Below are positions 50,140 through 62,371 of a stretch of 64,000 nt of DNA, in pieces (the stretch's first letter is position 1; every line of letters begins with the position of its first letter). The notes below the pieces were generated by a model. It was not told where the DNA came from, searched no databases, and worked only from the letters and a program-made list of their open reading frames with translations. Source of the DNA: Octopus sinensis (lineage: Eukaryota); contig NC_043011.1 of assembly GCF_006345805.1 (NCBI RefSeq), positions 1,426,001 to 1,490,000 on the forward strand, read 5' to 3'. The position numbers were made by a program, and so were the translations under genes.

Positions 50140-51260
50140 TGTGTCTTCTGTTAGCCAGTTGGGGACTTTCTTAGGATTTTGTATCGGTGCACTCATTTTT
50201 TTGTGCATTCCTGTAAGTGCATGCAACCAATAGTTTGGAATTTGATCTATTTCTGGAAACGTTCAACTGCATTTTGTTAAGCGCCTGCCTTAACTCTGCC
50301 ACTTCAACCTTTACCCATTGTTGTAGTTCCACAGCTTTCAACCTTTCATTTCAATCCACTTCCTCATTTATTCTTGTTAGTTTCTCTTGATCTTCTTCCA
50401 AAATTCCTTAACTTCATTTATATTCAGAGGATTCTTTATTTCTCTTGGCTGTTTTCTCAATTCTATATTCTTTGCATCTGTTTGAAAAATCTTATTCTGT
50501 CTATGGAATTTACTTCTTTTTCATACTTTTTAACTCGTTGTGCTTTGGCTTGTATACATTGTTTCAGGGTTTCTTTGATGGTAAAGAGACTTTGTTCATC
50601 TGTTATTTTGTACTTTCTTTTAACTTTACTTGCTTTTCTGGTTTTGACATTTATTCCTTTGAAAGCTCATCAACAATCAACAGTTCCCCTTTCAGATATT
50701 TTTGTAGTTTGGCTTTCTATTTTTGTTGTTTGTTGACATGTCTGTTCGTCATTGTTTTCCTTTATTTTAAATCTAATTTGGTTCTTCAAAGCCTTTGCCA
50801 TACACTATTCAAAGTTATTTAGGGTTATTAGATCAGTTTCGCCTTCTCTCAATATTTCTTTCATTGTTACACTTTAATCTTGTATGCATTTTTCTCATTT
50901 TGGAATTTTAGCCACGAGTCTCCATCTGTCATTCTAGTGCATAAATTTATATCCAGTTCTCTAATGTTATTTTCCTTGGCTGTCGAGGATTCTTTGTGTT
51001 CTTCATGAAGTAGGATATTACCTTTGTTTATTAGTGACAGAGATAGTATTAATACCCAGAGGTAATATTTATCCCAACTTAAATGTGGATGTTCTGTTAG
51101 AACAAGCTATACTGAGAAAGAAACCACGAGAGAAACTTTAATATTCTCTTTTGGTGCATAATACACATTTCGTTATATCACTAACAAGGAGATAAAAGTT
51201 TGCCACTTCCAGTGCTAAGACCACCACATCTTGTGATTTCAACCTTCCTTGTTCTTGCCA
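50140..51260 (-). mobile_element. Decayed R4/Dong-type element, pre-RT region (probably the same insertion as 47190-47915)
   Basis: KETLKQCIQAKAQRVKKYEK, QNKIFQTDAK, EVKEFWKKI, IPNYWL, VPNWLTEDT. Confidence 0.7.
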
Positions 51261-51330
51261 ATGATGGACACTTGACTACTTGAGATAGCAATGATTTATC
51301 TCCCCACCTATGATATATATATCTAAAACT

Positions 51331-51562
51331 AAGGCGGCGAGGTGGCAGAAATGTTAGCATACCGGGCGAAATGCATAGCTGTATTTCGTCTGTCGTTATG
51401 TTCTGAGTTCAAATTCCGCCGAGGTCGACTCTGCCTTTCATCCTTCCGGGGTGGATAAATTAAGTACCAGTTATGCACTGGGATTGATATAATCAACTTA
51501 ATCCGTTTGTCTGTCATTGTTTGTTCCCTCCGTGCATAGCCCCTTGTGGGTAGTAAAGAAAT
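51331..51562 (+). mobile_element. Family B SINE
   Basis: Full length. Confidence 0.9.
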
Positions 51563-51844
51563 AGATATATAGAATAAAAGTGTCAGAATAGGCACTTGGT
51601 GTTGTGATTATCCAGTGACCTCGTTAAAAAAAATATTCATTAGCAACAGAGATTTTCTGGAACCTGATTGTTGTCTTCTTCATTCTGTTCCTAATTTCTG
51701 ATCTCACTGATTGGTTTCTTCTTCAGTTTACAGCTATTACAGGTATTCTTGAAGTTTCTTTCATTTTGTAACACTTGCTCAGGCGCTTGGATATTTTGTG
51801 CCTTACATTTTGTTCAGTTCACGTGAGTCTTTTTCATAGTACAT

Positions 51845-51931
51845 CATCAAGTTGATGCAGGTAGTTCATCCCATCCGCCTCCAGCTTTTACTTTATGCAA
51901 TTGAAAAATGCCACATTATTTATGGGATGAC

Positions 51932-51934
<3 letters not shown>
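51845..51934 (-). mobile_element. Mariner 5' terminal fragment, same family as 48505-49345
   Basis: ggatgggatgaactacctgcatcaacttg on the minus strand; gggatgacccaata terminus next to (TA)n. Confidence 0.6.
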
Positions 51935-51968
<34 letters not shown>

Positions 51969-52061
51969 CTCCACTTGTGAGATTTTTGCTGCCCTGGTAA
52001 CTATTTATTTATTTTTTCCGTGTTAATTGTTAACAAGGTAAAAATACAGTCATCTATTTAT

Positions 52062-55000
52062 ATCATCATCATCATCATCGTTTAACGTCCGCTTTCCATG
52101 CTAGCATGGGTTGGACGGTTCAACTGGGGTCTGGCAAGCCCGAAGGCTGCACCAGGCCAGTCAGATCTGGCAGTGTTTCTACAGCTGGATGCCCTTCCTA
52201 ACGCCAACCACTCCGAGAGTGTAGTGGGTGATTTTATGTGCCACCGACACAGGTGCCAGACGAGGCTGGCAGACGGCCACGCTCGGATGGTGTTTTTTTA
52301 TGTGCCACCGACACAGGTGCCAGACGGGGCTGGCGGACGGCCACGCTCGGATGGTGTTTGTTACGTGCCCTCAGCACGGAGGCCAGTCGTTGCGGTACTG
52401 GCTACGATCACGTTCGGATGGTTTTCTTATGTGCCACCGGCACTGGTACCACAAGGATACAAATTCCATTGATGTTCATCTATTTTGATTTGGTTCGATT
52501 TGATTTGATTTGATTCGATTCGATTCTCACTTGCCTCAACAGGTGTTCACAAGTGTCACAAGAAGGAAGGTATGCACAGGTGGACTGACTACGTCCCAGG
52601 TAGGGGCCACGGATTATGGCTTCACTAGTCTTGCCGGGTCTTCTCACGCACAGCATACTTCCATAGGTCTCGGTCTCTAGTCATTTCCATGGTGAGACCT
52701 AACGTCCGATGGTCGTGCTTCACCACTTCGTCCCAGGTTTTCCTGGGTCTACCTCTTCCACGGGTTCCCTCAACTGCTAGGGATTGGCACTTTCTCACAC
52801 ACCTATCTTCATCCATTCTCGCCACATGACCATACCAGCGCAATCGTCTCTCTTGCACACAACAACTGATGCTTCTTAGGTACAACATTTCTCTCAAGGT
52901 ACTAACACTCTGTCGAGTAAGTACACTGACATTACACATCCATCGGAGCATACTGGCTTCGTTCCTCACGAGCTTACGCATGTCCTCAGCAGTCACGGCC
53001 CATGTTTCACTGCCATGTAGCATAGCTGTTCGTACACATGCATCGTACAGTCTGCCTTTTACTCTGAGCGAGAGGCCTTTAGTCACCAGCAGAGGTAAGA
53101 GCTCCCTAAACTTTGCCCAGGCTATTCTTATTCTAGCAGTTACACTTTCAGCGCACTCGCCCCTACTACTGATTTGGTCACCTAGATAGCAGAAGCTATC
53201 AACTACTTCTAGTTTTTCCCCCCGGAAAGTGACGGAAGTTGTTTTCTGCAGATTTTCGGAGGTCAATGCTCCAGAGCATCTGCCACATACAAAAACTATC
53301 TTCCCAGTTAGCCTACCTTTGACATTGCTGCACCTCTTATGTGTCCATAGCTTACACTGGGTACATCTTATAGAGTTTCTACCTACACCTTTTCTACAGA
53401 TCGAGCAGGGCCATCTTCCTGAGGATATTTGTGGATTTTCTAACTTTCTACTTATTAGTACTTTGGTTTTAGCTAGGTTGACTCTAAGGCCCCTCGATTC
53501 TAAACTCTCCTTCCACACCTGGAACTTCTCCTCCAGTTCTGATAGTGACTCAGCGATTAGAGCGAGGTCGTCAGCATAGAGGAGCTCCCAGGGGCAACCT
53601 GTCTTGAATTCCTCCACAATTGCCTGGAGGACTATGATAAATAGGAGGGGGCTGAGTACTGAACCCTGGTGGACCCCAACCTCTACCTTGAATTCTTCTG
53701 TGTACATGCTGCCAACTCTAACCTTACTTACGGCATCTCTGTACATGGCTTGCACAGCCCTCACCAGCCATTCATCTATCCCTAGTTTCCTCATTGACCA
53801 CCAGATGAGGAATCGGGGGACCCTATCAAAGGCTTTCTCCATGTCAACGAAAGCCAGGTACAGGGGCTTATCTTTGGCTAGGTAATTCTCCTGCAGCTGC
53901 CTTACCAGGAATATAGCATCAGTGGTGCTTTTCCCTGGGACAAACCCAAACTGCATCTCATCTAAACTAACTCTCTCTCTAATTAGTTGGGCTATGACCC
54001 TCTCCGTAACCTTCATTACCTGATCCAACAGCTTGATACCTCTGTAATTATTTGTATCCAGGGCATCACCTTTACCTTTGTAGCAGTTGACTAGTATGCT
54101 GCTACACCAGTCATTGGGTATGACTCCTTCGTGTATCACCTGGTTGACTATACGGGTGACTAGGTTATAGCCGACACTGCCAGATATTTTGAGCATCTCT
54201 GCAGTAATTCCTGATGGGCCTGGGGCTTTCCCTGTCTTCATGCTTCTAATTGCCTTAGCTACCACGGAACTATCAACTCGGATAGCTGGTCCCTCTGTTG
54301 GGTCAACATTCGGCAGACTCTCTTTATCCCATTCATTTTCTTTATTCAGCAACCTTTCATAGTGGCATCTCCAAACCTCTCTCTTTGCATCCTCATTTAG
54401 CGCAAGTGAACCATCATCCATGCGAACACACTTCTCTCCTACCACATCACGATTCTCTCTCACACACTGTCTTGCAACACGAAATACCTCAAGTCTTTCA
54501 TCCTCACGGCTCAGAACATTGGCAAATTTTTTCTTATCCGCTTCCCCTCTGGCTAAATAAACCTGTCTCCTAGCTTCCCTTTTGGCTGTCTGATACAATT
54601 CCCTGCTACCACCGTTCTTCCAGTCCTTCCAAGCCTGTCTCTTTTGTCTAATAGCCCTGTCAACCACAGTGTTCCACCACCATGTTACTCTGGGTCGAGA
54701 TGGTACTTTGCTCCATCCACAGATCTGGTCAGTGGCTGTCAGCAGATTGTCCCGTAGGAATCTCCAGTTGTCTTCCACATTAAGTGAAGCTATATCCCCT
54801 TCTATTTCGTCAGAGGCTTCGAGTAGTATGTCTCTAAATCTCTGTCCATTTGCAGGATCTTTAAGCTTCCAGACCCTTCTCCTCCAAGCTGGTCTTCTTC
54901 TGGGCAACCATTTAGCTCTGATCCTGAAGTCGCTAACTACTAATCTATGTTGGGGAGTACATTCTTCGCCTGGGAAGGTTTTGGCATTTATAATCAGCCC

Positions 55001-55445
55001 TCTTTCCTTTTTCTGGCAAGGATGTAGTCAATCTGGCTGGTGTGTCTGCCAGAACGGTAGGTGACTAGGTGAGAGGTGGGTTTCCTGAAGTGGGTATTGC
55101 AGACCATAAGGTCATTTGCATCGCAGAACTCCAGCAGCCTGGTTCCTTCCTCATTTCGAGAGCCAAAACCGTAGCCTCCATGGATGCCATGGAAGCCCCC
55201 GACATGTCGTCCAACATGTCCATTGAAATCACCTGCCACGAAGAGAAGGTCACTGTCATTTGTCAATGAGGTAGTCCGCAATAGGGTGTCATAGAATTGG
55301 TCTTTTTGTCCTTCCGGTAGCCCTGGTTGAGGGGCATATGCCGAGATGATGGTAGCTGTCCTATGGTGAAGAACTAATCTAATTTTAATTACTCTGTCAC
55401 TTACTCTGACTACCTCGATTACCTTACCTACTTACTCTGACTACC

Positions 55446-55446
<1 letters not shown>
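52062..55446 (-). mobile_element. Young RTE-clade LINE, 5'-truncated within the APE endonuclease
   Basis: APE motifs (ISAYAPQ, AGDFNGHVG, SQIDYIL), RT motifs (NYRGIKLL, QFGFVPGKST, FVDMEKAFDRV, GVHQGSVLSP, LLYADDL), ~560-bp 3' UTR, (GAT)n tail. Confidence 0.97.
52625..55426 (-). pseudogene. RTE ORF (partial APE, RT, PHD-type finger), one frameshift near 55006, no start codon
   Basis: The 760-codon frame continues upstream as ERGLIINAKTFPGEECTPQHRLVVSDF; the upstream frame KVIEVVRVSDR..IDYILARKR joins it if one G is restored at about 55006. Confidence 0.9.
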
Positions 55447-55516
<70 letters not shown>

Positions 55517-55518
<2 letters not shown>

Positions 55519-55813
55519 AGGCGCAATGGCCTAGTGGTTAGGGCAGTGGACTCGCGGTCATAGGATCGTGGTTTCGATTCTCAGTGTGAGTGTTTATTGA
55601 GTGAAAACACCTAAAAGCACCACGACGCTCCGGCAGGGGGTGGCGATCCCTGCTGTACTCTTTTGCCGCAACTTTCTCTCACTCTTTCTCTGTTGGCCTG
55701 CTCTCTTAGCCAGCAGGGTGGCGTCATTTGAAGGCTAAAACAATGCGAAGTGCATTGTGACTAGCAATGAGTAGTAACAACTGATAGCTTAGTCGATCAC
55801 GTGATCACGTGAT
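55517..55813 (+). mobile_element. tRNA-derived SINE, family C
   Basis: A box tggcctagtgg (55527-55537), B box ggtttcgattc (55570-55580), tail (gatcacgt)n running into (TA)n. Confidence 0.8.
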
Positions 55814-55831
55814 ATATATATATATATATAT

Positions 55832-55978
55832 ATGATGGGCTTCTTTCAGTTTTTGCATACCAGATCCACTCACATGGTATTGGTCAGCCCAAGGCTTTAG
55901 TAGAAGACACTCAAGGTGCCTTGCAGTTAGACTGAACCCAGAACCATGTAGTTGGGAAGTAGTCTTCTTACCACATAG
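55832..55978 (-). mobile_element. Old family A SINE head fragment
   Basis: gggcttctttcagttttt..atccactcac..gactgaacccagaaccatg. Confidence 0.75.
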
Positions 55979-55989
55979 ACAAGGTGACT

Positions 55990-56190
55990 AAGTCATAAGT
56001 GCTGGAGATTGAAATCAACATGATTTGGAATATGAAGACCAAAGTCATATCAATAGTTAACTGACCGACTCAACTCATGAAGATGGGAATGGAAAAGTTC
56101 ATCAAATATATCCTGGGCCACATAAATATTTAAGTAGTCCAGAAGATTAGACTGCTGGAAACGGCTCACAATCAAGTGACGTCTTTGCTA
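55990..56190 (+). mobile_element. R4/Dong-type 3' fragment (end of the REL endonuclease domain)
   Basis: LEIEINMIWNMKTKVISIV and VQKIRLLETAH (compare LxxEIxRMWxxKTxVIPIV and QKxxLLGTAH). Confidence 0.65.
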
Positions 56191-56570
56191 TAATACCTCC
56201 AGCCTATAGCATGAACTCAGCTCTATAAAATGTGAAATGCCAATAGTAATAGTAATGATGGTGATGATAATTGCAATCAACTGTTGATGTTGTTATTATT
56301 GTTGATGCTGCTGTTGTTGTTCCTGAACATCAACAACAGCAATTCATTCTGACCTAGTTTTACTCAAGAAGACATTTAGTGATCAATAATGTATTAAAAA
56401 ATTAACAGAAGCATATCTCTCCAGTGGAGTACTAATGAATCTATGGCAAAGTCGTATGGGTTTCCAATAGTTCCAATTAACTTGGCAGTACACAAGTACC
56501 ACCAAATCATAATTTACCATTGTTAAGTGAAATCGTTTAAAATTGATGTGTGTGTGCACATGCATATATA

Positions 56571-56616
<46 letters not shown>

Positions 56617-56784
56617 TTTCCTTCCTAAAAACAAGACGAGCTTATACCTGCCTCCTCTCATAAGCTCGTCCTCCTAGCATTCATAATAATTTTTCTATCG
56701 TCTTGGCTCAACAGCCCTCACCGTTTGTTTTTACTGTCTTGTTCTCACTGTCCTGTTCTTGTTACCACATTCACCATATATCTT

Positions 56785-57200
56785 TCTTTTATCCTTTACT
56801 TGTTTCAGTCATTAGACTGCAGCCATACGGGGCACCACTCAATCCCAGGACTTATTTTTTGTCTCTTTTTAAGTCTGGTACTTATTCTATTGCTCTATTT
56901 GCTGAACTTCTAAGTTACAAGGACATAAACACACCAATACCTGTTGTCAAACAGCGATGGGGGACAAACACTGACACAGAAACAAGCATGCTCACAACAC
57001 ACATCCAGACACACACACACACACACAGACATGCACACACACACACAACGAACTTCACTCAGTTTCCATCTACCAAATCCATTCACATGGCTTTGGTTAG
57101 TCCGAGACTATAGTAGAAGACACTTGCTCAAAGTACTTTGAAGTAGGACTGAACCTGGAATTATGTGGTTTGAAGCAAGCTTCTTAAATCATAGCCATAC
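56785..57200 (-). mobile_element. Diverged family A SINE
   Basis: Tail, (CA)n hinge and head recognisable. Confidence 0.8.
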
Positions 57201-57205
57201 CTGTA

Positions 57206-57259
<54 letters not shown>

Positions 57260-57335
57260 ATACTGATAAAAATGGTAAGACAACAAAAGAATGAAAGAGA
57301 TCTCTATATTATGTAAATTGTCACATATTACATTT

Positions 57336-57404
<69 letters not shown>

Positions 57405-57406
57405 CC

Positions 57407-57449
<43 letters not shown>

Positions 57450-58450
57450 AAATGTAATATGTGACAATATATATATATATATATCATGAAGAAGGAGGCA
57501 GTTAGAATTTTGGATAATTCTTTTTTTAGTGCTTTTCTCATTCAGTCAAACTCTTTAAGATATAAAACACAGAAAATTTCTTCTGCCTTATATCAAATCA
57601 AAAAGAAGATGCTGTTTTCTTTTGTCTAGAAGAGAAAGAGAAACAAGGAAGGAAGAGAGGTGAGAGGGAGAGAGAGGAAGACAGAGAGACAAAAATGTAT
57701 CTTTGGATGGTCTCTTGACTAACACATGGGTGGTGACCTTTCAAGATGTGAATTTTGGAGAAAGAGAGAATGATAGAAAGACAGGAAGAAGGACAAAGAA
57801 AAAGAGAGAGGAGAAAAGACAGAGAGAAAGAGACATCTTATATTTTATCGATGTGGTCAACCCATTGATATCTAATTACAATTCAAGATGTTATTCTTGA
57901 TTCACTCACTGTTTCAAAAGCACCTCTTTCTCTCTCATTATATACATATTAACATTTTACAAATATGTGCAGAAGTGGATAAAGAGTAGACAAGGAAAGT
58001 GAAAGAAATGCAGTTTGGGTGAATTGGTTGGATGAGTGAGAGAGGAGATGCAGACTGTGCAAGGTGTGAGTGAGAGATGGATGTTGATTCCGATGGAGGA
58101 AAGAAAAATAATTTTGAAGCAGAGAAAGGCAATCAGGGCAAAATGTGATTGAAGAGGGACAATATTAAGAATTAAAGGATGGATGGCAGGTGAAGTGGTT
58201 CTAGAAAGGGAGAAAGGTAATTGGTATCACAAAAAAGGATCATGAAATATGTAGGTCTATACTTGTTTGCTTCAGAATATTGCAATTATGAAGTTACTGA
58301 GAGGAGGCTGAGAGAGAGAGAGAGAGATGATGGGTGGTAGGGAAGGCTTGTTATGAAAATTGATTAAGGGATATATTTGCCTACCCCAATCTTCCTTGAA
58401 GATTGCTAGATCACAGGGAGGGGAAGGACCTGTCAAAGGCTTTTTCCAAC

Positions 58451-58678
58451 TTAACCCTTTAACATTCAGATTACTCTGTCAAATGTAAAGCCTGTTTAAT
58501 CACATTGTTTTAAATTAATTGTACAGCATCTTGTAACTCTGAGATTTTGATGATGTCCCTGTTTATTTTTAGAATGAGTTTGTAGGATAGGTGTGAGAGG
58601 TCAGAGCTGGCTGGTTTGAGCATAAAACAGTAAGACAATTTTGGCCTGATATGACCAGTTTAAACACTAAAGGGTTAA
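58451..58678. mobile_element. 228-bp piggyBac-type MITE
   Basis: TTAA|CCCTTTAA ... CTAAAGGG|TTAA; TTAA TSD on both sides. Confidence 0.85.
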
Positions 58679-58692
58679 ATATGTATGCATGC

Positions 58693-58726
<34 letters not shown>

Positions 58727-59100
58727 CTGTGTTTGATAATTGATGATGTTATATTATAAATGCTCTTTGTAAATTGCATTTATAAATCAAGTTTACAGTA
58801 TGACATTACAGAACACAGAAATATATGTAACAGATGAAATAACGAAATACCAAATTCATGCTTCAGGTTTTTCTCTCATGATAGATGTACTCTTTGTATT
58901 ACATTATAGCCCTCTATGGGTTACATAGAATTCTATTGGATCATATAGCTGAAGGGGTTTAATATGAATACTATAGATCGCTATAACTAAAATGGTAATT
59001 GTCTTGTGCACCTAGCATATCCATATCCAATTTATATATATAAATTGACTGTTCTTAATTATGCATTTTTCTGTGCTATCATGTTTCTACACAGAATTAT

Positions 59101-59323
59101 TTAACCCTTTCGTTACTGTATTTATTTTGAGATACTCTATGTTTCTTTCAATTACTTTAAATATAACAAAGAATTTAGTATAATAACTTAGTTATCATTA
59201 AGCTAGTGTTAGGAACATAAGTTGTGACTAAGGTTGGGTGGAAGATTGTAATTCAAAACTTAGGAAAACAAGACATTTACACTCAGACCTAGAGCCGGTT
59301 TCAGCCGGGTTAGTAACGAAAGG
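59101..59323. mobile_element. Second piggyBac-type MITE family, right end clipped
   Basis: TTAA|CCCTTTCGTTAC ... GTAACGAAAGG. Confidence 0.7.
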
Positions 59324-59756
59324 CAGGATTTTATAACTGGATTCTCTCCTTGTTGCTATTTCTTACCTATTTTCTAGTTTGGGTCAAGCATCCTACTGAC
59401 TTCTGTCTCCACTTTCAGAATGGCAACTATAATCCTGTACCAACACAGTTGTTTTCCCTTGTACCATTATTTATGTCACTAAAAAGATGGTGAGCTGTCA
59501 GACCTGCTATCATGTTGGCCAAAAATACATAGCTGTATTTCTTCTAACTCACTACCTTTGGTGTTCAAATTCCACTGAAGTCAACTTTGCCTTTTATCCT
59601 TTCAGAAGTTGATAAAATAAGTTGGTACTTAATCTATTATGTCCTAGGGGTTGATGTAATGAACTTTTGCTCTCTCCCAAAGATTACTGGCCTTGTGTCA
59701 AAAATAGAGAGAATTATTTGTGTCATTAAATACGAAGTCTGATCAATAAGTATCCA

Positions 59757-60174
59757 GGTGTAGGAGTGGCTGTGTGGTAAGTAGCTTGCTTACCAACCAC
59801 ATGGTTCCGGGTTCAGTCCCACTGCGTGGCACTTTGGGCAAGTGTCTTCTACTATAGCTTCGGGCTGACCAAAGCCTTGTGAGTGGGTTTGGTAGACGGA
59901 AACTGAAAGAAGTCCGTCGTATATATGTATATATATGTATATGTGTGTATATGTTTGTGTGTCTGTGTTTGTCCCCAACATCACCTGACAACCGGTGCTG
60001 GTGTGTTTATGTCCCCGTAACTTAGCGGTTTGGCAAAAGAGACCGATAGAATAAGTACTAGGCTTACAAAGAAGTCCTGGGGTCGATTTGCTCGACTAAA
60101 GGCGGTGCTCCAGCATGGCCACAGTCAAATGACTGAAACAAGTAAAAGAACAAAAGAACATAAAAGAAGAACAA
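59757..60174 (+). mobile_element. Family A SINE inserted in the left TIR
   Basis: Full head, hinge and tail interrupting tatccag|gactgttgcc. Confidence 0.9.
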
Positions 60175-60551
60175 GACTGTTGCCATAGTAACGAAGCTAA
60201 AGCACACAGCTGGACAAAGATTGACCTTGAACTCTGTTGTGTATGTGCACTAAGTTTTAACGTTCTAGCTCACATCTGCTGTTTATAGCAATGCTTGGAA
60301 GGAAGGTATGTAGCGTGTGTTACATTGACTATGAGAGAAGAAGTTGTCATGACGATACCTGCACAGAGGCCTATGCAATGTTGCAGAAAGTGTATGAAGA
60401 GGAGTGTATGAGCCGCACACAAGTGCAGAATGGCTCAGACGTTTCCAAGATGGCCAAAAAATTTTCGATATTGACAAACGTTCTGGAAGACACACAACCA
60501 GCAGAGCTGAGAAAAACATCACAGAATTATGTGCAGCTGTTAGGGAAAATC

Positions 60552-60784
60552 CGTTTCTTTATTACCCACAAGGGGCTAAACATAGAGGGGACAAACAAGG
60601 ACAGACAAACGGATTAAGTCGACTACATCGACCCCAGTGCGTAACTGGTACTTAATTTATCGACCCCGAAAGGATGAAAGGCAAAGTGGACCTCGGCGGA
60701 ATTTGAACTCAGAACGTAACGGCAGATGAAATACGGTTACGCATTTCGCCCGGCATGCTAACGATTCTGCCAGCTCGCCACCTT
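60552..60784 (-). mobile_element. Family B SINE with 18-bp TSD
   Basis: TSD cagctgt(t/a)agggaaaatc at 60534-60551 and 60785-60802. Confidence 0.95.
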
Positions 60785-62328
60785 CAGCTGTAAGGGAAAA
60801 TCGTCAACTCACCTCCGTGAGTTATCAGAAGATGTGCAGATTGGTTCAGCTTAGTTGATTATCACTGAACATCTAGGTATGAAATGTGTGTCTGTCAAGT
60901 TTGTGTCAAAACTGCTTTCAACTGACCAAAAAGCACTCAGGTTTCAGTTGAACAAGATCTCCTTGATTATAATGAGAATGATGAAAACGTTTTGTAAACT
61001 TTACATAGGCCTCTGAACAGGTATCACCAAGCTTTTGGCAAAATTTGATGCAGATTCTCTGCTCAGCTTTCTCTGTCATGGTCAGTGCGATGACCAGACA
61101 CTACACACCTTTCTTCCAAGCACTGCTGTAAACAACGGAAGTGAGCTAGAACGTTAAAACTTAGTACGCACGCACAACAGAATTCAAGTCCAATCTTTGC
61201 TGAGCAGGTCCACTCTGTGTGTTTTAGCTTCATTACTATGGCAACAGCCTGGATACTTATTGATCAACGTACACTTGTTGTTATAGCTGAACCTGCATCC
61301 CATCCCATCTTCCCTATTCCCACTGGTCATCATGTATCTCCTTGGTACTTTTAGGAAGATGACAGCATGTTTGTGATTCGTATTCTGCCCCAGTCTGACA
61401 TTGCATTTGGTATGATCGAATGCACTTGATAAATCCCATTTATAATTTGCTATCATTGATTATCAATTGCAGAAAATGTATGTAACAGATATGAAATAAA
61501 AGAAATATCAAATTTATGCTTCATGTTTTTCTCTCATATTACACACACACACTGATAGACAGACAAAATACAGACAAGTGTACAGATGAATTCACATCTG
61601 TTTAAAATTCCACATGGAAAGGTTTAAAAACTACTTTAAATGTATCTTAGGTTTTCTGACGCATGCTGTTTTGAGTATAAATATTTAATTATCTAATCAT
61701 GCTGCTGACAAATGTGCAGGATATAAATTCATTTAGGTAATGCAGCTAAGTTCTAGATTAAGTTCTAAATACAAAATTTCTATCAGCACTCTCCCTTGGT
61801 AGAAAAATCTGCTGGTATTTGTCAAACTATCAAACGTATAAAGACAATTTTACTTATTCTTCTGTGTACATATCTGTTTAAACTTCTGAAGTAAAAAGAT
61901 TAAACACTGCAGTTTAACTACCACAAATTTATCTTGGATGTTTCATGCAAAAATATGATACATACATGCATACATACATACACGCACACACACACAGACG
62001 CATCCACACACACACACGCACATGTGTTGTGTGAGCACATGTAAAGGTGTGTGGCCTAGCGATCAGTGTGATATACTCTCAATTGCCATATCATGGTTTC
62101 CAGACCGGGTACTGCATTGTGTTCTTCAGCAAAAATACTTCACTTCATGTTGCCCATTCAGTTGCGATAGAAGAGTTAATCTGTGATGGACTGGCATCTT
62201 GCTCAGGGGGAACATTGTGACCTCTAACACTTGTACACTATGAAAACTGAGTAACTACACATGAGTTCGAGGACTTGAGACAGCAATATATATACATATA
62301 TGTATATATATGTATGTATATATATATA

Positions 62329-62365
<37 letters not shown>

Positions 62366-62371
<6 letters not shown>

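Larger units (their letters stand above)
59731..61271 (+). mobile_element. Non-autonomous mariner derivative with ~175-bp TIRs and two nested SINEs
   Basis: tacgaagtctgatcaataagtatccag..actgttgccatagtaacgaagc.. mirrored at about 61095-61271; internal TEAYAMLQKVYEEECMSRTQV, DKRSGRHTTS and KFVSKLLSTDQK remnants. Confidence 0.88.

Noticed and set aside
52869-55269. Plus-strand ORFs overlapping the RTE element
   Set aside because: Antisense shadows of the RT frame
55517-55585. Functional tRNA gene
   Set aside because: A and B boxes are present, but there is no complete cloverleaf and the sequence continues into a SINE body and tail
55796-55813. 18-bp palindrome with two CACGTG E-boxes
   Set aside because: Explained by the (gatcacgt)n tail of the family C SINE
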